Source of the DNA: Octopus sinensis
Lineage: Eukaryota
DNA: 64,000 nucleotides
Assembly (NCBI RefSeq): GCF_006345805.1
Contig: NC_042998.1
Span: forward strand, 93,434,001 to 93,498,000
Reading direction: 5' to 3'
The notes under the pieces were generated by a model that was not told where the DNA came from, did no database searches, and saw only the letters and a list, made by a program, of their open reading frames with translations. Position numbers and translations under genes: made by a program. Below, piece after piece: positions 26,177-39,802 of the stretch (position 1 is its first letter; the number at the start of each line of letters is the position of its first letter).

Positions 26177-26533
26177 GGGTGTTCAGGTAGAGATATAAAC
26201 GAAGAAGGACATTCAAGATTTCAATGGAAAGGAACAAGGATCTTCATAACCCTAACTTTCAGAAGTATCGTTTCGAATAAGTACTTTTCAAAGTAACAAG
26301 TGTTATGTAGAATAGTGGAGAAATTAACAGTAATGATTGACACAGGCAAACTTAGGCACAAGACATTACCAAGGATACGAGACTGTTTATAATTTTAAGA
26401 ATGACAACAATAAAGAGAGAGAGAGAGAGGCGTAGATGCATAGATAAATATGTATACGAGTGTGTATGTGTTTACATATGTGTGTGTATATTTACACTTG
26501 TATAAGTATACACGCATGTACTCACACACACAC

Positions 26534-26597
<64 letters not shown>

Positions 26598-27149
26598 GAT
26601 AGTTCAGACGCTCACTAATATATATGCTAAATTAAATGTTTCCGCCCTCGTTTTGAGACGACTAATGAAGGAAATTTCTGTTGCCTTTCAGGGATGAATC
26701 ATGTAAGAGATGATTCGTCTTGAATTCTTGTGAATATGCCCACTGGATCCATTTTCAGTAGATAAAAGATATGTATTCGACAACTTTTATTTTTTCAATT
26801 GGTTAATTGGCAAATACAGAGGCTGTGTGCCTCCGCCCGACAGATCTGCTGCGTAGGTTATACTGCTAAGAACGATAAAAGACGTGAAACCAATGGTAAA
26901 TTTTTGACCAACCATAAATAACAACTATAGAAAATACTATATATATATGATTATATATAAGAGCACATATATCTATATCCATATACGTGTGTATATTCAT
27001 GTTTCTGTGTGTGTGTGTGTGTGTGCGTGTGTGTGCATATATATCTATATATATTGTGTGTATGTATGTGTGTGTTTGTGTATATATATATATGTATGCA
27101 TATATATATCTATGTATATATGTATATATATATATATATATATGTATGT

Positions 27150-27346
27150 GACCGCGTGTGTACCGTTGGCGATTTTTTCCCTCTGTCTTCCCTTCTCTGG
27201 ATCTTTCCTTCTCCTATGTTTCCGACGAAGAGCTCCGCTCGAAACGTTAAACCCTCCTTCTTTCCTGAGCGTCCAATAATACTATATTTGTTCCACGTCC
27301 TCGCGTTGTTGTGTTTTTTTTTGTGCTTTCTTGTTTGGATTAACTA
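27150..27346 (+). mobile_element. Short hammerhead-bearing repeat (family HH2)
   Basis: About 200-bp island between TA/TG microsatellites, homologous to 20547-20746. Confidence 0.75.
27218..27252 (+). ncRNA. Minimal type I hammerhead motif with a U4-to-C core substitution
   Basis: Stem I GUUU/AAAC; CCGACGA (canonical CUGANGA); extra A; stem II GAGC-UCC-GCUC; GAAA; palindromic ACGU stem III; GUU triplet. Confidence 0.68.
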
Positions 27347-27560
27347 TGTATATATATACGTATGCGTATATATATGTATATATGTATACATATGTATGTA
27401 TATATATATATATAAATATGTGTGTGTGTATATATATTATATATATATATTATATGTTTGTATATATATATTATATATGTGTGTATATATATATATTATA
27501 TATGTTTATATATATTATATATATATGTGTATATATATATATATTATGTATATGTGCATA

Positions 27561-27984
27561 TCCTTAAATCCTTAAAAATGTTTCAGCCTGAAAGCTACGG
27601 CCATGCTGGGGCACCATCGATGAATGTGCTACACTAGTATGTGAAACTGCCTGATACGTGGCACTTGGTCAACAAGGGAGTTCGACGCCGCTGCCCGCAT
27701 CTGTTTCCTGTCGAGAGGTAGGTTCTTCTGGAACCCCTGACAAGAAGAGATCCAATTTAGTTTTAAAGAAACCCATATCCACATCATGCAGGTCTCTGAG
27801 GCATTTAGGAAGGATATTGAAGAGCTGTGGTCCCCTGAAACCCTGCTGTTACAGTATCTGGTTCTGTATTTTCATGGTGATATCGGGATCTTTGGCACCA
27901 TGCAGTTTTGGTGTTGGAGTAACTTTCAATGCCAAAATTCGGGACAAGGGCCTCTAGGATTTTCCAGATGCATATCACTGCATA
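27561..27984 (-). mobile_element. 3' fragment of a CR1/L2-group LINE
   Basis: [18 protein letters not shown]... homologous to 4078-4520; 3' GGTGCCCCAGCATGGCC motif and (TTTAAGGA)2 tail. Confidence 0.85.
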
Positions 27985-27996
27985 TGTATATATATA

Positions 27997-28040
<44 letters not shown>

Positions 28041-28657
28041 CGTGTGTGTATATATATTAAATATATGTATATATATATATACATACATATATATACGTCT
28101 ATATATATATATATATACATGTGTATATATATTATATATGTATATATATATACATACATATAAATATATGTATGTATATATATGCATATATATGTACATA
28201 CATATATATATATATACATATATATTCGTATACATATATGATTAGGGATAAATTCTGCGCAGTGGATTTGAAAAAAATTAAAGTGTACAAGCAATGAGTT
28301 ACATGCTAGATTAGCCTCGTTGCTTGTATATTTAATCTAAAACGTCTCCGTTGATGAAGACTTCGCCTTAGTAAATAATATTTTTTATTTACTAAAATAA
28401 GTCAGAAACCATGGCCAGGAATTAGATGGTAAATGTTTTTATTTTTCATTCCCTTTGAGAATTTATCCCTAATTAGTGGTTTGGACTTTAACTGTTCTTT
28501 CTAGCGTAATGGATTCCTATGATGGAAGCCTCTTTATGTGTTTTAATGTACACTGTATTTTAAATTAATAATATATAGTCTATTGACTAATTTTCTTGTA
28601 CGCTAGGACTCTGGTAGTAAAAATTTCTATAATTTTTATTACCATGATATTATTTAT

Positions 28658-28718
<61 letters not shown>

Positions 28719-29267
28719 GTGTGTGTGAACAAATTGAAAAGGTGTTGAACAGCCTTGATCGATTTAGGAATCTTATTGTGTTCTCATCAGAGGTCTCTAC
28801 ATCAATTTAATCAATCCCAGAGAAACAAACAGGCCATCTGTTTATATATTCAATAAATCCATGTTACAGGAAATTGGGACTACTAATCTGCACGGCATAA
28901 GTGTTTAACATGTTATTGTTTCGCCCATGGCTCGCATTCATACATACGCAGGTGGTGGATGTCAACTCGTTACCGAGTAAAGACCACTTCCTAAATCCAG
29001 TCAGACCATGCAAATGCTCTGAGAATCCAAGAAGTCCCAGTGTGTGAATTTTATTTGGAGTAGATAAAGTGTTGCGCATCACTAAATCCACTTTTCACCG
29101 CAATCAGCTATAAGGCTAGAGGTACAACAGAGATTGAGAGGACAAGAAACCGACTGCACGTAAGGTTTTTTAATACGAGTTTACCTTCTAAAAATAAGCT
29201 CTGAACCTGGAACTCCCGTGCCAGGGCCCCAATATAGGATGCACTCCATGCAATGTACGTACGTACG

Positions 29268-29367
29268 TACATACATACATACATACATACATACATACAT
29301 ACATACATACATACATACATACATACATACATACATACATACATACATACATACATACATACATACA
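29268..29367. repeat. (TACA)n tetranucleotide microsatellite
   Basis: Direct inspection. Confidence 0.95.
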
Positions 29368-32300
29368 TGCATGCATGCATGACATGGTCTTCTCTGATAA
29401 TTTATCCACTGACGAAGATTCTTACCATTGTCATTTTCACCACCATGTTTTTGTCACCTTTAAACATCGTTCAACAATATGTGTAGATGAATGTGAGTGT
29501 GTTAAAATGTATATTTATGAGAGCAAGCGCATTGCTACAGGGTATCTGTGTATCTGCATGAGCAACTCCTATATATAACCGGCTGAAAAATTGCATAAGT
29601 AATTCAAGAGCCGAGTGTTTCATGTTATGACACAAAAGCAAACTTTGATAAGTGTCCCGCAAGAAACTAACCTTAAAGTCACTCATATAACCTCACAACT
29701 GATTAAAAAGTATATATATTCTTACTATTATTTATTTCACCAAATCTATCTATCTATCTATCTGCCAGCCTATGTATGTATGTATGTGTATGTATGTGTG
29801 TGTATTTATGTGTGTATGTGTGTGTATGTGTGTATGTATACGGGTCCTAGCATATGCGCGTGCACATGAGTATGTATGTACATAGCATATTTGTATTTAT
29901 AACATATGACCCCAAACTATTTGATCCAAAAAAGTGGGGAGCGGAGGAGGTAAAGGTTTAATGTAAGAGACACTAAGTGGTTGCTCAAGTGGCCGTCTGA
30001 GGTATGAGTGATTGTTGTCTAAGTGGGCTGCCATATAACACAAGTGCTGTCAGCTTTATCCAACATGATGTTAGATATAATAAAATACTGTCTTTAAGTG
30101 ACAGATAGAAACAATAACAAATATAGTTGACATGATAAATCTTTAGCTACTCGTGTGAACATCTTTCGGCCTCTCCCAACATTACATCAAATATTTGTCC
30201 GGAAGTAAAGGCAATGTGACAAGTTTTAAAAAAACCCTCAGACAGATCATTTGTTAAACTTCCGTTTCTTACTAATACTTAAGCTTTTTCTACCAGAGTC
30301 AAACACGTTATCAATAAGTATTTTAGTAATTATTCTGTCGGGATAATCCTGATGTTTCTGTAATAGTAACGAATTTTTACATACATACATACAGATTAAT
30401 TTTATTTACAGGGACTTTAATGGTTGAGGTCAATTGTAGGTAAATTACATTATGCTAAATCTTACTTTGAAGTTTAATTGATAGAGTTAAATAGTAACAG
30501 AAATAAAATCTATTCATTTTCCTCTTCCTGCATATAATACAAATGAAACAAGATGTGCCTCTTTGTAGCTTTACTGTGGGTGTCAACCCCATTTTCCTAG
30601 AGGCAGCAATTAACTCAGAAAGGTATTTTTATACATCCGCTTCAATCTGCCAATTGATAAAAATAGATAAAAAGAAAGATCTCTGTAGTTGCATGACCTA
30701 CAAGAAATAACAAAAAAAATTTCCTCATATCACGGCTCAACTACCTTAAAACGTATATTGTCGCAGGTATGGCTAAGAAGTAAGTTAAGAAGTGAGGTAT
30801 AGTTAAAAAGTAAAGAGTTCACTTCGTAGCTTCCTAGCTTCATGTTCGATCCCTTGCGTTACACTTTAAGGAAGTGTCTTCTACCGCTGCCTCGAGTCGA
30901 CCACAGTGAAATTTCTTGTATGAAAATTGTGTGGATTCCTACTGAAGGATCCTTCCCACTCTTTGATGGTAGGTTTAATCCATCACCCGGTTTAAGGCTA
31001 CCACCTGTTCCTTGAGTATCTTAAGAGAACTACACACTGTTGCAAGCATTTAGGTCAGGTCTACCAACAATCTCAGTGATCCTGGAAATGAGTCATGGAT
31101 ATTGCCGTTCCTCCTTTGATTTCGCCATTAAAAAAGGGAAGAGGGCACTAATTAATATAGTTCTAGATACCGTTAAAAGAGAGTGGAATGACTCCTTTCA
31201 TCATAGGTCTGCTGTTTAGAACGGGGCTGTACTGCAATTAAAAAACAGGTGGTATTCGGTCTGAAATTAACCATGCTTCTTTGAACACTGAAGTTCTGCT
31301 TGTCTGCAATCAAATTTAACTGACATGAGATCACTGAAAGAGCTAATTAGAGTTACCAATGGCATATTCACTCATAATTGAATGCTAACCGTTCAGAATA
31401 AAAAACAAAAAGAGAGAGCCTTTACGCGATTATTCGAACTGTTGTGATTATTCGATCTTTTAAAAAGAAAGGACAAAACAGATAATGTATTTTGAGATAA
31501 GCGATGACTGATGAGACTGTACAGCTACAATTAGAATGTCTTTGATGACAGGTCTCCTCAAGTAGGCCTGGCCTAGAGCTGGTCGACAATAATAACGATA
31601 GCTTAGTAGTAAGTGTTTCTCTATTTGTATACAAGAGATGTTTGGTGCTAGACAACTAGTCGGATAGTACATTAGAGAATAGTTTAGATGTCTAAATAAC
31701 TCTGAGTTATAACAATTTTGATAAAATAAGCATTTCGACTGAAAGCAGGCATAAATTATATTACATTCATGGAGTGGACTGTCACAAAGTATATACTTTC
31801 ACCGATTGCCTCTTCTAATCACAGTTTGAAACATACAGTTACAGAGTGTTTATTAACTTACTGTTATTGAATTTCCTTGCCATTACAAGTAGTATTTGTA
31901 TTCTCTTGATATTCTGAGTGTAATGCACTCAGGAGCTTACCTTCCGATATAACCAATTGTGGTTTAAGGCCACGGATGAGACTCCAGAGTAAAAACAGAT
32001 GAACTAGACCTCACGGGGGAGGGTAACATACCACGATAAGTGGTGTAACAAAGATTCTCGGCGCTCGAGAACACAAAAACAATTTTGATGCTTCTGTCTT
32101 AATTGAATAGGCGTGATAAACGAAAGTAAAATTTTCGTACATGCTTGTCACTGAGGATGACTGTCCTTTTCATTCTTCTTGTGCTTCGCCTCTTCAAACG
32201 ACAAAGAAAGGTATCGGCCGAGAAATGCCTCAGTTTCCACTCAAGCAGTTTATCCTGTACATAAATGTTTTCATTGGTGTCATGCAATCAGTTTGTAAAA

Positions 32301-32986
32301 GTTTTATTTGTTCCCTCCGTAGCTTGATATTCAAATTCTGGCTTTTGTATAGGATTTTTTTCCCCATAGCAATATATAAAGGAAAATAACAAACCGATTA
32401 CATGCTGACTACCTTCTGTTACTAATTCTTAGCTATTGAGAACTTTTGCTTCAGTGCAAAGATAATTATCGAAAATATCGATCCAACTTTGATGTATTCA
32501 ACGTCTTTGAGCTGGAGAAAATGTGAAAAGATAAATAATTATCTTCTGCGGATAAATTTTATATCATAGTATTTGTGGTATCAAGTTAAAGTTACTTTCG
32601 ATGTATCCAGCATTTGTTTCTTTTATAAAGTGATAATGTTGCAATGATATAGAATAGTCCTAATTGTGTGTGTGTGTGTGTGTATGTAAAAACTTTTTCA
32701 TAGTGTGTAGTATAGTGTATAAATACAAATGAAAAAGCAAATCAGAAGTTATGGAGGAATCGTTTCGTATTTTATTTATGCACAAGAATAAAAGGTTTTC
32801 GAATTTTGCTAAATATCTATATCCTTAAATTTAGCTTTCAAAGACACTTATCACTCATTCCCCACACTATATATGTATGTAAGTATATTGACTTACCCCT
32901 TACCTTAAAATTGCTGGCCTTGTGTTAAAATTTGAAAACAATATTCAAAGATGCTGAATTTTAGGTAGGGAAGGGTCTTCTCTTTG

Positions 32987-33041
<55 letters not shown>

Positions 33042-33464
33042 CCCAGTCCGATTTACTTTCTGAACCCCATCCCATAGGCCCTGCTGTAAAGCAGTGGGCA
33101 GATTAATTAAACGGCGCATAGTACTTCAATTTTCACATAAAAGAGGAATGTTAGTTTTACCTAGAATATATTTATATTAGAAAGCTACTATCGTTATGCT
33201 ACAGCTGACGGTGTCAGACCTGCGTGAGACCCGCAAAAACATTCCAGAGAGGAATAAAAAAAAAGAACAGAAAAGTAACGAAGAATGTTTGTCAAATGAA
33301 GCAAACAATTGTTTGTGAGCGATGAGAGCTGTTATTCGAGTCCCTACCGGCTAGCATTCTTTTTCATGTAGAGGTTTGAAAGAGAACTAAACATTATACA
33401 AGTTTAAAAATTATCTTCTATTCGGCAGACAACTATTTAGAAGTCAACTATATCTTTCTTAAGC

Positions 33465-33517
<53 letters not shown>

Positions 33518-33619
33518 GCACACACACGCATATATACACACATATATATACAAATATACATATATACTTATATATGTGTGAGCATGTGTGTGTATGTCTG
33601 TATCTACATATATAGATGC

Positions 33620-33681
<62 letters not shown>

Positions 33682-34649
33682 TCATACGCGCACATATTCA
33701 TGCATAAACATATGAATTTGTGTGCGGGCGCACTAATGTTTACAGTTTTTAAACAAAGTGAACGTAAAAGTGAACAGGTTTTCCTTGTTATATTAACTTT
33801 AATGCTATTGAGTTGGTGTGGGTATGGTTAGAATCGTTTTTATTCTCTTCTTTTTTCTTCTTTCTCTTCTGGGAAATACCTTATTTAAATCAAAGTTGCT
33901 GATCTTTGTTTGCCATCAGAAATTAGTCAATACAATAGACTGACCGGTATGTTGAAGCAAACAAAAAGTTACATTCCCCTCTCCTTGTCTACAGTTTATA
34001 AGCAAATGATTGCTTGTGTTGGCAATTCAGAACGAATGATAAGTGGCTGAAAAGCTCTGATTTGAGATATTCGGCGACAAATCAAAAAGAAAAAAAATAA
34101 GTATATAATATAAATAAATTTTTTTTTTTGTCCGTAACCTGGGTAATGGCGATCTGATGTGAATACCAATTGTTAAATGTTGAACGACTTGACTACCTAC
34201 AACTAAAAAATGAACAATCACTCAGTGGTGACGTTTTTATCGGGGAGATAAATTCGTATAATTCGTACCAACAGTGCAACAAGAAGAATAGTTTTATCAC
34301 GCGTCTCATTCGTCTTAAAAGGCCACTCAATATCACGAATAGAGCGACAGGCAGCTCGGTAGGTAAACAGCTTGGTAGATTTAATAGAAGTTGATGATAC
34401 ATTTTTGTATGAATATATTTCTGTGCACAGATTCGAGAAAGAGATTTTTTTTTTAATGATTCAAGGTTCTTACAATATTAAAACAGGAGCGTAGCGTGGG
34501 GTTATGCCTGTCCAGTGTAGTAACCAAATTTACCGCTCCTTTCTTCAAACATAAGATACCTTCGACTCCAGCAAAAGCACATATTTAAAGTAGCTATTGT
34601 GTGTGGTCCACGCATCCCGTACATCCCCACTGAATCCAAAAATATCTTA

Positions 34650-34805
34650 ACCTTTACTTGTTTCAGTCACTGGAGAGCGGTCATGCTGGGGCATCACCTT
34701 GAACGGTTTTGCTTGAACATATTGATCCCAGTACTTATCTTTTAAAGTTTGGTATGTATTCTATCGGTCCCTTTTGTCGAACCACTACATTACGGGGACG
34801 TAAAC
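34650..34805 (-). mobile_element. SINE family B, 3' half
   Basis: Reverse complement carries GATGCCCCAGCATGACC..GACTGAAACAAGTAAAG. Confidence 0.8.
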
Positions 34806-34806
34806 G

Positions 34807-34963
34807 AAGGCGTGGCCGTGTGGTAAGAAGCTTGCTTCCCAATCACAGGATTCCGGGTTCAGCACCACTGCGAGGCACCTTGAGTAAGTGTCTCCTACTA
34901 TAGCCTCGAGCCGGCCAGAACTTTGCGAGTGGACTTGGGAGACGAAAAGTGAAAGCCTATCGT
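34807..34963 (+). mobile_element. SINE family B, head half
   Basis: GGCGTGGCCGTGTGGTAAGAAGCTTGCTTCCC...GGGTTCAGCACCACTGCGAGGCACCTTGAGTAAGTG. Confidence 0.85.
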
Positions 34964-34968
34964 ATGTA

Positions 34969-35040
<72 letters not shown>

Positions 35041-35065
35041 TATATATGTGCGTGCGTGCGTGCGT

Positions 35066-35112
<47 letters not shown>

Positions 35113-35114
<2 letters not shown>

Positions 35115-35440
35115 GGCACATGGCTCAGTGGTTAGAGCGTCGAGCTTACGATCGTGAGGTTGTGAATTCGATTCCCGGACCGGGCTGCGTGTTGTGTTCT
35201 TGAGCAAGACGCTTTATTTCACGTTGCTCCAGTTCACTCAGCTGTAGAAATGAGTTGCGACATCACTGGTGTATCGGCCTTTGCCTTTCCCTTGGATAAC
35301 ATCAATGGTGTGGAGAAGGGAGGCTGATATGCATGGGCGACTGCTTGCCTTCCATAAACAACCTTGCCCGGACTTGTGCCTCGGAGGGTAACTTTCTAGG
35401 TGCAATCCCATGGTCATTCATGACCGAAGCGGGTCTCCCT
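35113..35440 (+). mobile_element. tRNA-derived SINE family C
   Basis: TGGCTCAGTGGTTAGAGC A-box and GAATTCGATTCCC B-box, body CACTCAGCTGTAGAAATGAG, terminal hairpin GGTCA-TTCA-TGACC. Confidence 0.82.
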
Positions 35441-35474
35441 CCCATATATATATGCATACATACATGCACACATA

Positions 35475-35512
<38 letters not shown>

Positions 35513-35631
35513 CAAACACATACGTGTGTGTGTAGGTGTGCGTGTGTGTGCCTTCGCATTTCTTTTTGTCCCTCCCACCACCGGTTTTCAAGCGGTGTGG
35601 AGAGACACACGCACAAACACAAACACATTTA

Positions 35632-35705
35632 ATGTAATCGCTGCTTATGGCTGGTCAGAAAGTAGTCTATGTAATCGCTGCTTATGGCTGGTCAGAAAGT
35701 AGTCT
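35632..35705. repeat. Perfect 37-bp tandem duplication
   Basis: ATGTAATCGCTGCTTATGGCTGGTCAGAAAGTAGTCT at 35632-35668 and 35669-35705. Confidence 0.95.
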
Positions 35706-35838
35706 TTATACTCCTATTATACTCTTAGCACCTATTATACTCGCATCTGTTATACTCTTAGCAACATAAGCGACCCGTCAGATCTGCTGGTCAGAGGCAT
35801 ATCCTTTCTACTAATGGAGGTAGGAATATAATGTTGGT

Positions 35839-35955
35839 CAAATTCACTCACAAGCCATTGGCCGGCCCTGGTCTATTGTAAAGACACTTGCCCAAGGTGC
35901 TGTGCGGTGGGACTGAACTAAAAACCTAGAGCTTCTTAACCACACAGTCGTGTTC
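35839..35955 (-). mobile_element. SINE family B, head half (degenerate)
   Basis: Reverse complement of GTGTGGTTAAGAAGC..CAGTCCCACC..CACCTTGGGCAAGTGTCTT. Confidence 0.75.
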
Positions 35956-36059
35956 GCACCACAATATAGTGAGCTTGTTGAAAAATTTACACGCGTATTC
36001 ATTTATTTCGAGTTCTTTCTCCATTTCAAATCGATAAAATGTTCCTGGGATATAAGAAG

Positions 36060-36318
36060 GGTTGCTATTTGTTTCTTCTCGAGCCATGCCTGGCTCATAA
36101 GGGTCAGTTTCCCGGTTTCATTAGCGTATAGGTTCTCCACCTGAAATTTACCCCAGTCTGTTGCAGGTGAGCTGCTAGATGCAGGAGGAAAGCGCGAGAG
36201 AAAGTCGTGGAGCTTAGGTGTTTCGCTCATAAACACACACATCGCCTGGTCTAAGATTCGAACCCGCGATCCCTCGACTGCAAGTCCACTGCTCTAATCA
36301 CTAGGCCATGTGCCTCCA
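36060..36318 (-). mobile_element. tRNA-derived SINE, family D
   Basis: Reverse complement begins GGAGGCACATGGCCTAGTGATTAGAGC..GGGTTCGAATC (A and B boxes). Confidence 0.75.
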
Positions 36319-36958
36319 CTAAGAAGGGTACGTATAATTATTATTTAACTAATTTCATTCATTTTTGCTCCACAAGTCTTCGTTGTGTGGAGGCGCAAGT
36401 TCCACTTTCATTGCGTGCCTACACTTAATTCTCTTTTACATGACCTTCATAATTAAGTTTTTTGTTCGTTTTCTCTCTCGAGCCTTAGGCCAGTCAGAGC
36501 CGGATTAAGACCCATAGAGGCCTTACGCACTCAAATGATTTTGGTGCCTCCATACATAATTCGAAATGTAAACAATGATAAACCATAAAATAAATTTTCA
36601 TCGTTCAAAATTTATTTTTGTATTCCACTTTATTTATATTTGCAAAGTTTTCTCTTATCTTTTTTAATTGCAAAATCTTTGAAGAGATTCTCAAAATTAA
36701 TCTTACGTAAAACGCCTGATTCTATTCTTTGTAGAGATAAGGCATCCCGAATATTATTTTAGCAAGTTTAAAGTGATTTCTTTTGTGCCATAAACCATTT
36801 ACCATTTCTGTGGTGCCCCCACTTCCTTTGATGCCCTAAGCACATGCTTATTTTGCTTAATAGTTAATCCAGTGCTGAGGCAATTGCTCAGAATCCATGG
36901 TGCATAAGTGACCGAGATCACGATATTCGTCCCTGAACGAGACGCAGGTCCGTTGCGA

Positions 36959-37193
36959 GGTTCAAGGCTAGCAATTTTTGATGGGAGGGTTAAGTCGATT
37001 ATATCGATTCCACTACTTGAGTTGTTACTTTATTTTATCGACACCAGTACTTTAGTGTTACTTTATCTTACCGAACCTGAAGTAACGAAAGGCAAAGTTA
37101 ACCTCCGAAGCATTTGAACTCAGAACGTAAAGAATCAGAAGAAATGCTGCAAATACTTTATCCTACAAGCTAACGATTCAGCCAGCTCGCTGC
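36959..37193 (-). mobile_element. SINE family A
   Basis: Family A motifs with an internal duplication. Confidence 0.75.
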
Positions 37194-37237
37194 ACATAAG
37201 CATTTGTTGTTCAAACCTCGATTACACCTCCAAAACA

Positions 37238-37456
37238 TTGGTTTCAAATTTTGGCACAATGCGAGCAGTTTCGTGGGCGCGGGGGTGTTAAGTGGATTAA
37301 ATCAACCCAAGTGCTCAACTGGTACTTGTTTTATCGATCCCAAAAGGACGAAAAGCAAAGCCAACCTCGGCGAAATTTGAACTCAGAACGTAAAGACGGA
37401 CGAAATGCCTCTAAGCGTTTTGCCGGTGTGCTAACGATTCTGCCAACTCGCCGCCC
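37238..37456 (-). mobile_element. SINE family A
   Basis: Full-length family A match. Confidence 0.85.
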
Positions 37457-38199
37457 TCAGCCTCTAAAATATTAAAATATTGAACCATAATTTATAAACA
37501 CCATATACAAAGAGAGATAACAGTAATATAAATGTAATTCAATGTGAATAAATGCAGCCATTTAACCTATAATAATCATTAAGTCACATGGAGACAGAAT
37601 TTACTCATACATACATACATACATACATACATACATACATACCTACATGCATGCAAGCACATACATAACTTTATGCTTGCTTACATACATACTTATATAT
37701 ACATGCATACATACACGAGACCACAAGCGAACTACTATGTACTCTCTAAATAAACTGGAAATAGCAACCAAATCCTACTTAAATCTCATATTACGATACT
37801 GAAAATGAGATCAACACGCTGGACATATAGTCTAAAGTAAGGGTTAACGATGTTATGTCAGAAAAATCCCTTCAATCACAGGGGCTTGCTTTATCAAAGC
37901 TGATCTAGGATAAACTATAACGTTTTCACACACATGCATCAATGTATGTATGTATGTATGTATGTATGTATGTGTGTGTGTGTGTATGTATGTATGTATG
38001 CATGTATGAATGTATGTATGTATGCATGTATGTATGTCTCTTTCTGTCTGTCTGTCTTTCTCACTAAATATATATAGAGAGAGAGGGAGTAGAGGGAGAG
38101 GAGAGAAAGAAAAATGAATAAAAAAGCAAAAAAAACAACAAATGTCAATTAAATGTTCACAGGGAATAGATTGATGTTTAGTGAAAGTTTTAGATGGAT

Positions 38200-38577
38200 A
38201 GGCCCAAGAGTGGCTGTGTGGTAAGAAGCTCCCTTACCAACCACATGGTTCTGGGTTCAGTCCCACTGCGTGGCACCTTGGGCAAGTGTCTTCTCCTATA
38301 GCCTTGGGTGGATTTGGCAGCCGGAGACTGCAAAAAGCCCGTCGTCTATATATATGTATGTATATATTTAGTTGTGTGTCTGTGTTTGTCCCCCACCACC
38401 ATCGCTTGACAGCCGATGTTGGTGTGCTTATGTACCCGTAACTTAGCGGTTTGGCAAAAAGAACCGATAGAATAAGTATGTATGTACAAAGAATAAGCCC
38501 TGGGATCGGTTTGTTGGACTAAAGGACGGCAGCATGGCTGCAATCAAAGACTGAAACAAGTTAAAAAATAAAAGAGT
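38200..38577 (+). mobile_element. Full-length SINE family B (head, internal microsatellite, LINE-like tail)
   Basis: tRNA-like head, CACCTTGGGCAAGTG, internal TA/TG run, tail CAGCATGGCTGCA..GACTGAAACAAGT..AAAAGAG. Confidence 0.87.
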
Positions 38578-38592
38578 ATGTATGTATATATA

Positions 38593-38649
<57 letters not shown>

Positions 38650-38871
38650 AGAGAGAGAGAGACAGTTAAACAGAATGCCAAAAGCCCTTATTTATTAAAT
38701 AAAAGTTAATTGGTTCAGTATTTTTGGGCCATTGATTCCTGACGCTTGAGAGATAAAGGCAACTTCAGCAGGATAAGAACTCAGAAAAGTACGGCACCTG
38801 TTTTGAATATTATCAAACCATTTTGCATCGACACATTTTAATGACGCATTTGTAACTTATATTTATATAAA

Positions 38872-39052
38872 TGTCTGAAATTTAGGTACAAGGCCAGCAA
38901 TTTTAGGCTAAATGGGTTAGCCGATTATATCCTATCCAAAACTTGAATGGTACTATTTCGGCGACTTCGAAAAGGACGAAAGGCGAAGTCGACAGTTGAA
39001 CGGTAAAAGATACGCCGCTAAATATTTCGTTCGGAAAGCTAACGGTTCCGCG
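38872..39052 (-). mobile_element. Degenerate SINE family A
   Basis: Family A motifs. Confidence 0.7.
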
Positions 39053-39574
39053 TTTTGTTCCTTATATAATAAGCATGAAGCCTGGCAACTTTGTAAAGAA
39101 CGATGAAGTTATTATAATTCCCATGCCTAACAACATTAAACATGTACTGAAACCGAGTGAGGTCGAGTACTACCACAAACGAATGTACCTTTTGCATTCA
39201 TTGTCAAAACAGCTCCTTTGTGTATGGAGATGGGAAGTTGCGAGACTCGTGTATTGTTGAAGAACATTAGTGATATTTTAAAGGGAAGCAATTCTAACAG
39301 GCAATAGAAGAAACTCGACTGTAATGTACCTCTACCCTTCACCCTGACCGCAGTCAGTATATCACCAACCGACACATCCCCACCACCACCACCACCACCA
39401 CCACCGCCACTGGTCCTGATGGTATTTTCTTGAACACCTGACGTGGGAAACAAGAGTCAGTAAAGGAACAATCTACTGGATTCACAACAATAGCATACTT
39501 AATAAAACTGCTGACCCCTAAACTGTTTGGTGTGTGTGCGTAAATGTGCAAGTACGTGTGTACTGTGTTGCTCA

Positions 39575-39621
<47 letters not shown>

Positions 39622-39767
39622 TGTGTGTATGTGTGTATATAAATATATATACACACATATGTATGTATAAAATATCATCAGCAAGGTAGGTAGGTATGTA
39701 CAGGTACGAATGTGAATATGCGTGTGCTTGTACGTGTTAGCGTGTGCCTCTCCCTCCCTCCCTCACT

Positions 39768-39802
<35 letters not shown>

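Noticed and set aside
28745-28795. Minus-strand CTGATGAG...CGATC...GTT hammerhead-like motif
   Set aside because: GAAA is replaced by GATC and stem I does not pair.
35113-35185. tRNA-like sequence (also ~36245-36310, ~42820-42880, ~56245-56310)
   Set aside because: A and B boxes are present but there is no paired acceptor stem; these are SINE heads, not tRNA genes.
36150-36172. Second CAG|GTGAGC recursive-splice-like motif
   Set aside because: Lies inside a SINE copy and has a weak polypyrimidine tract.
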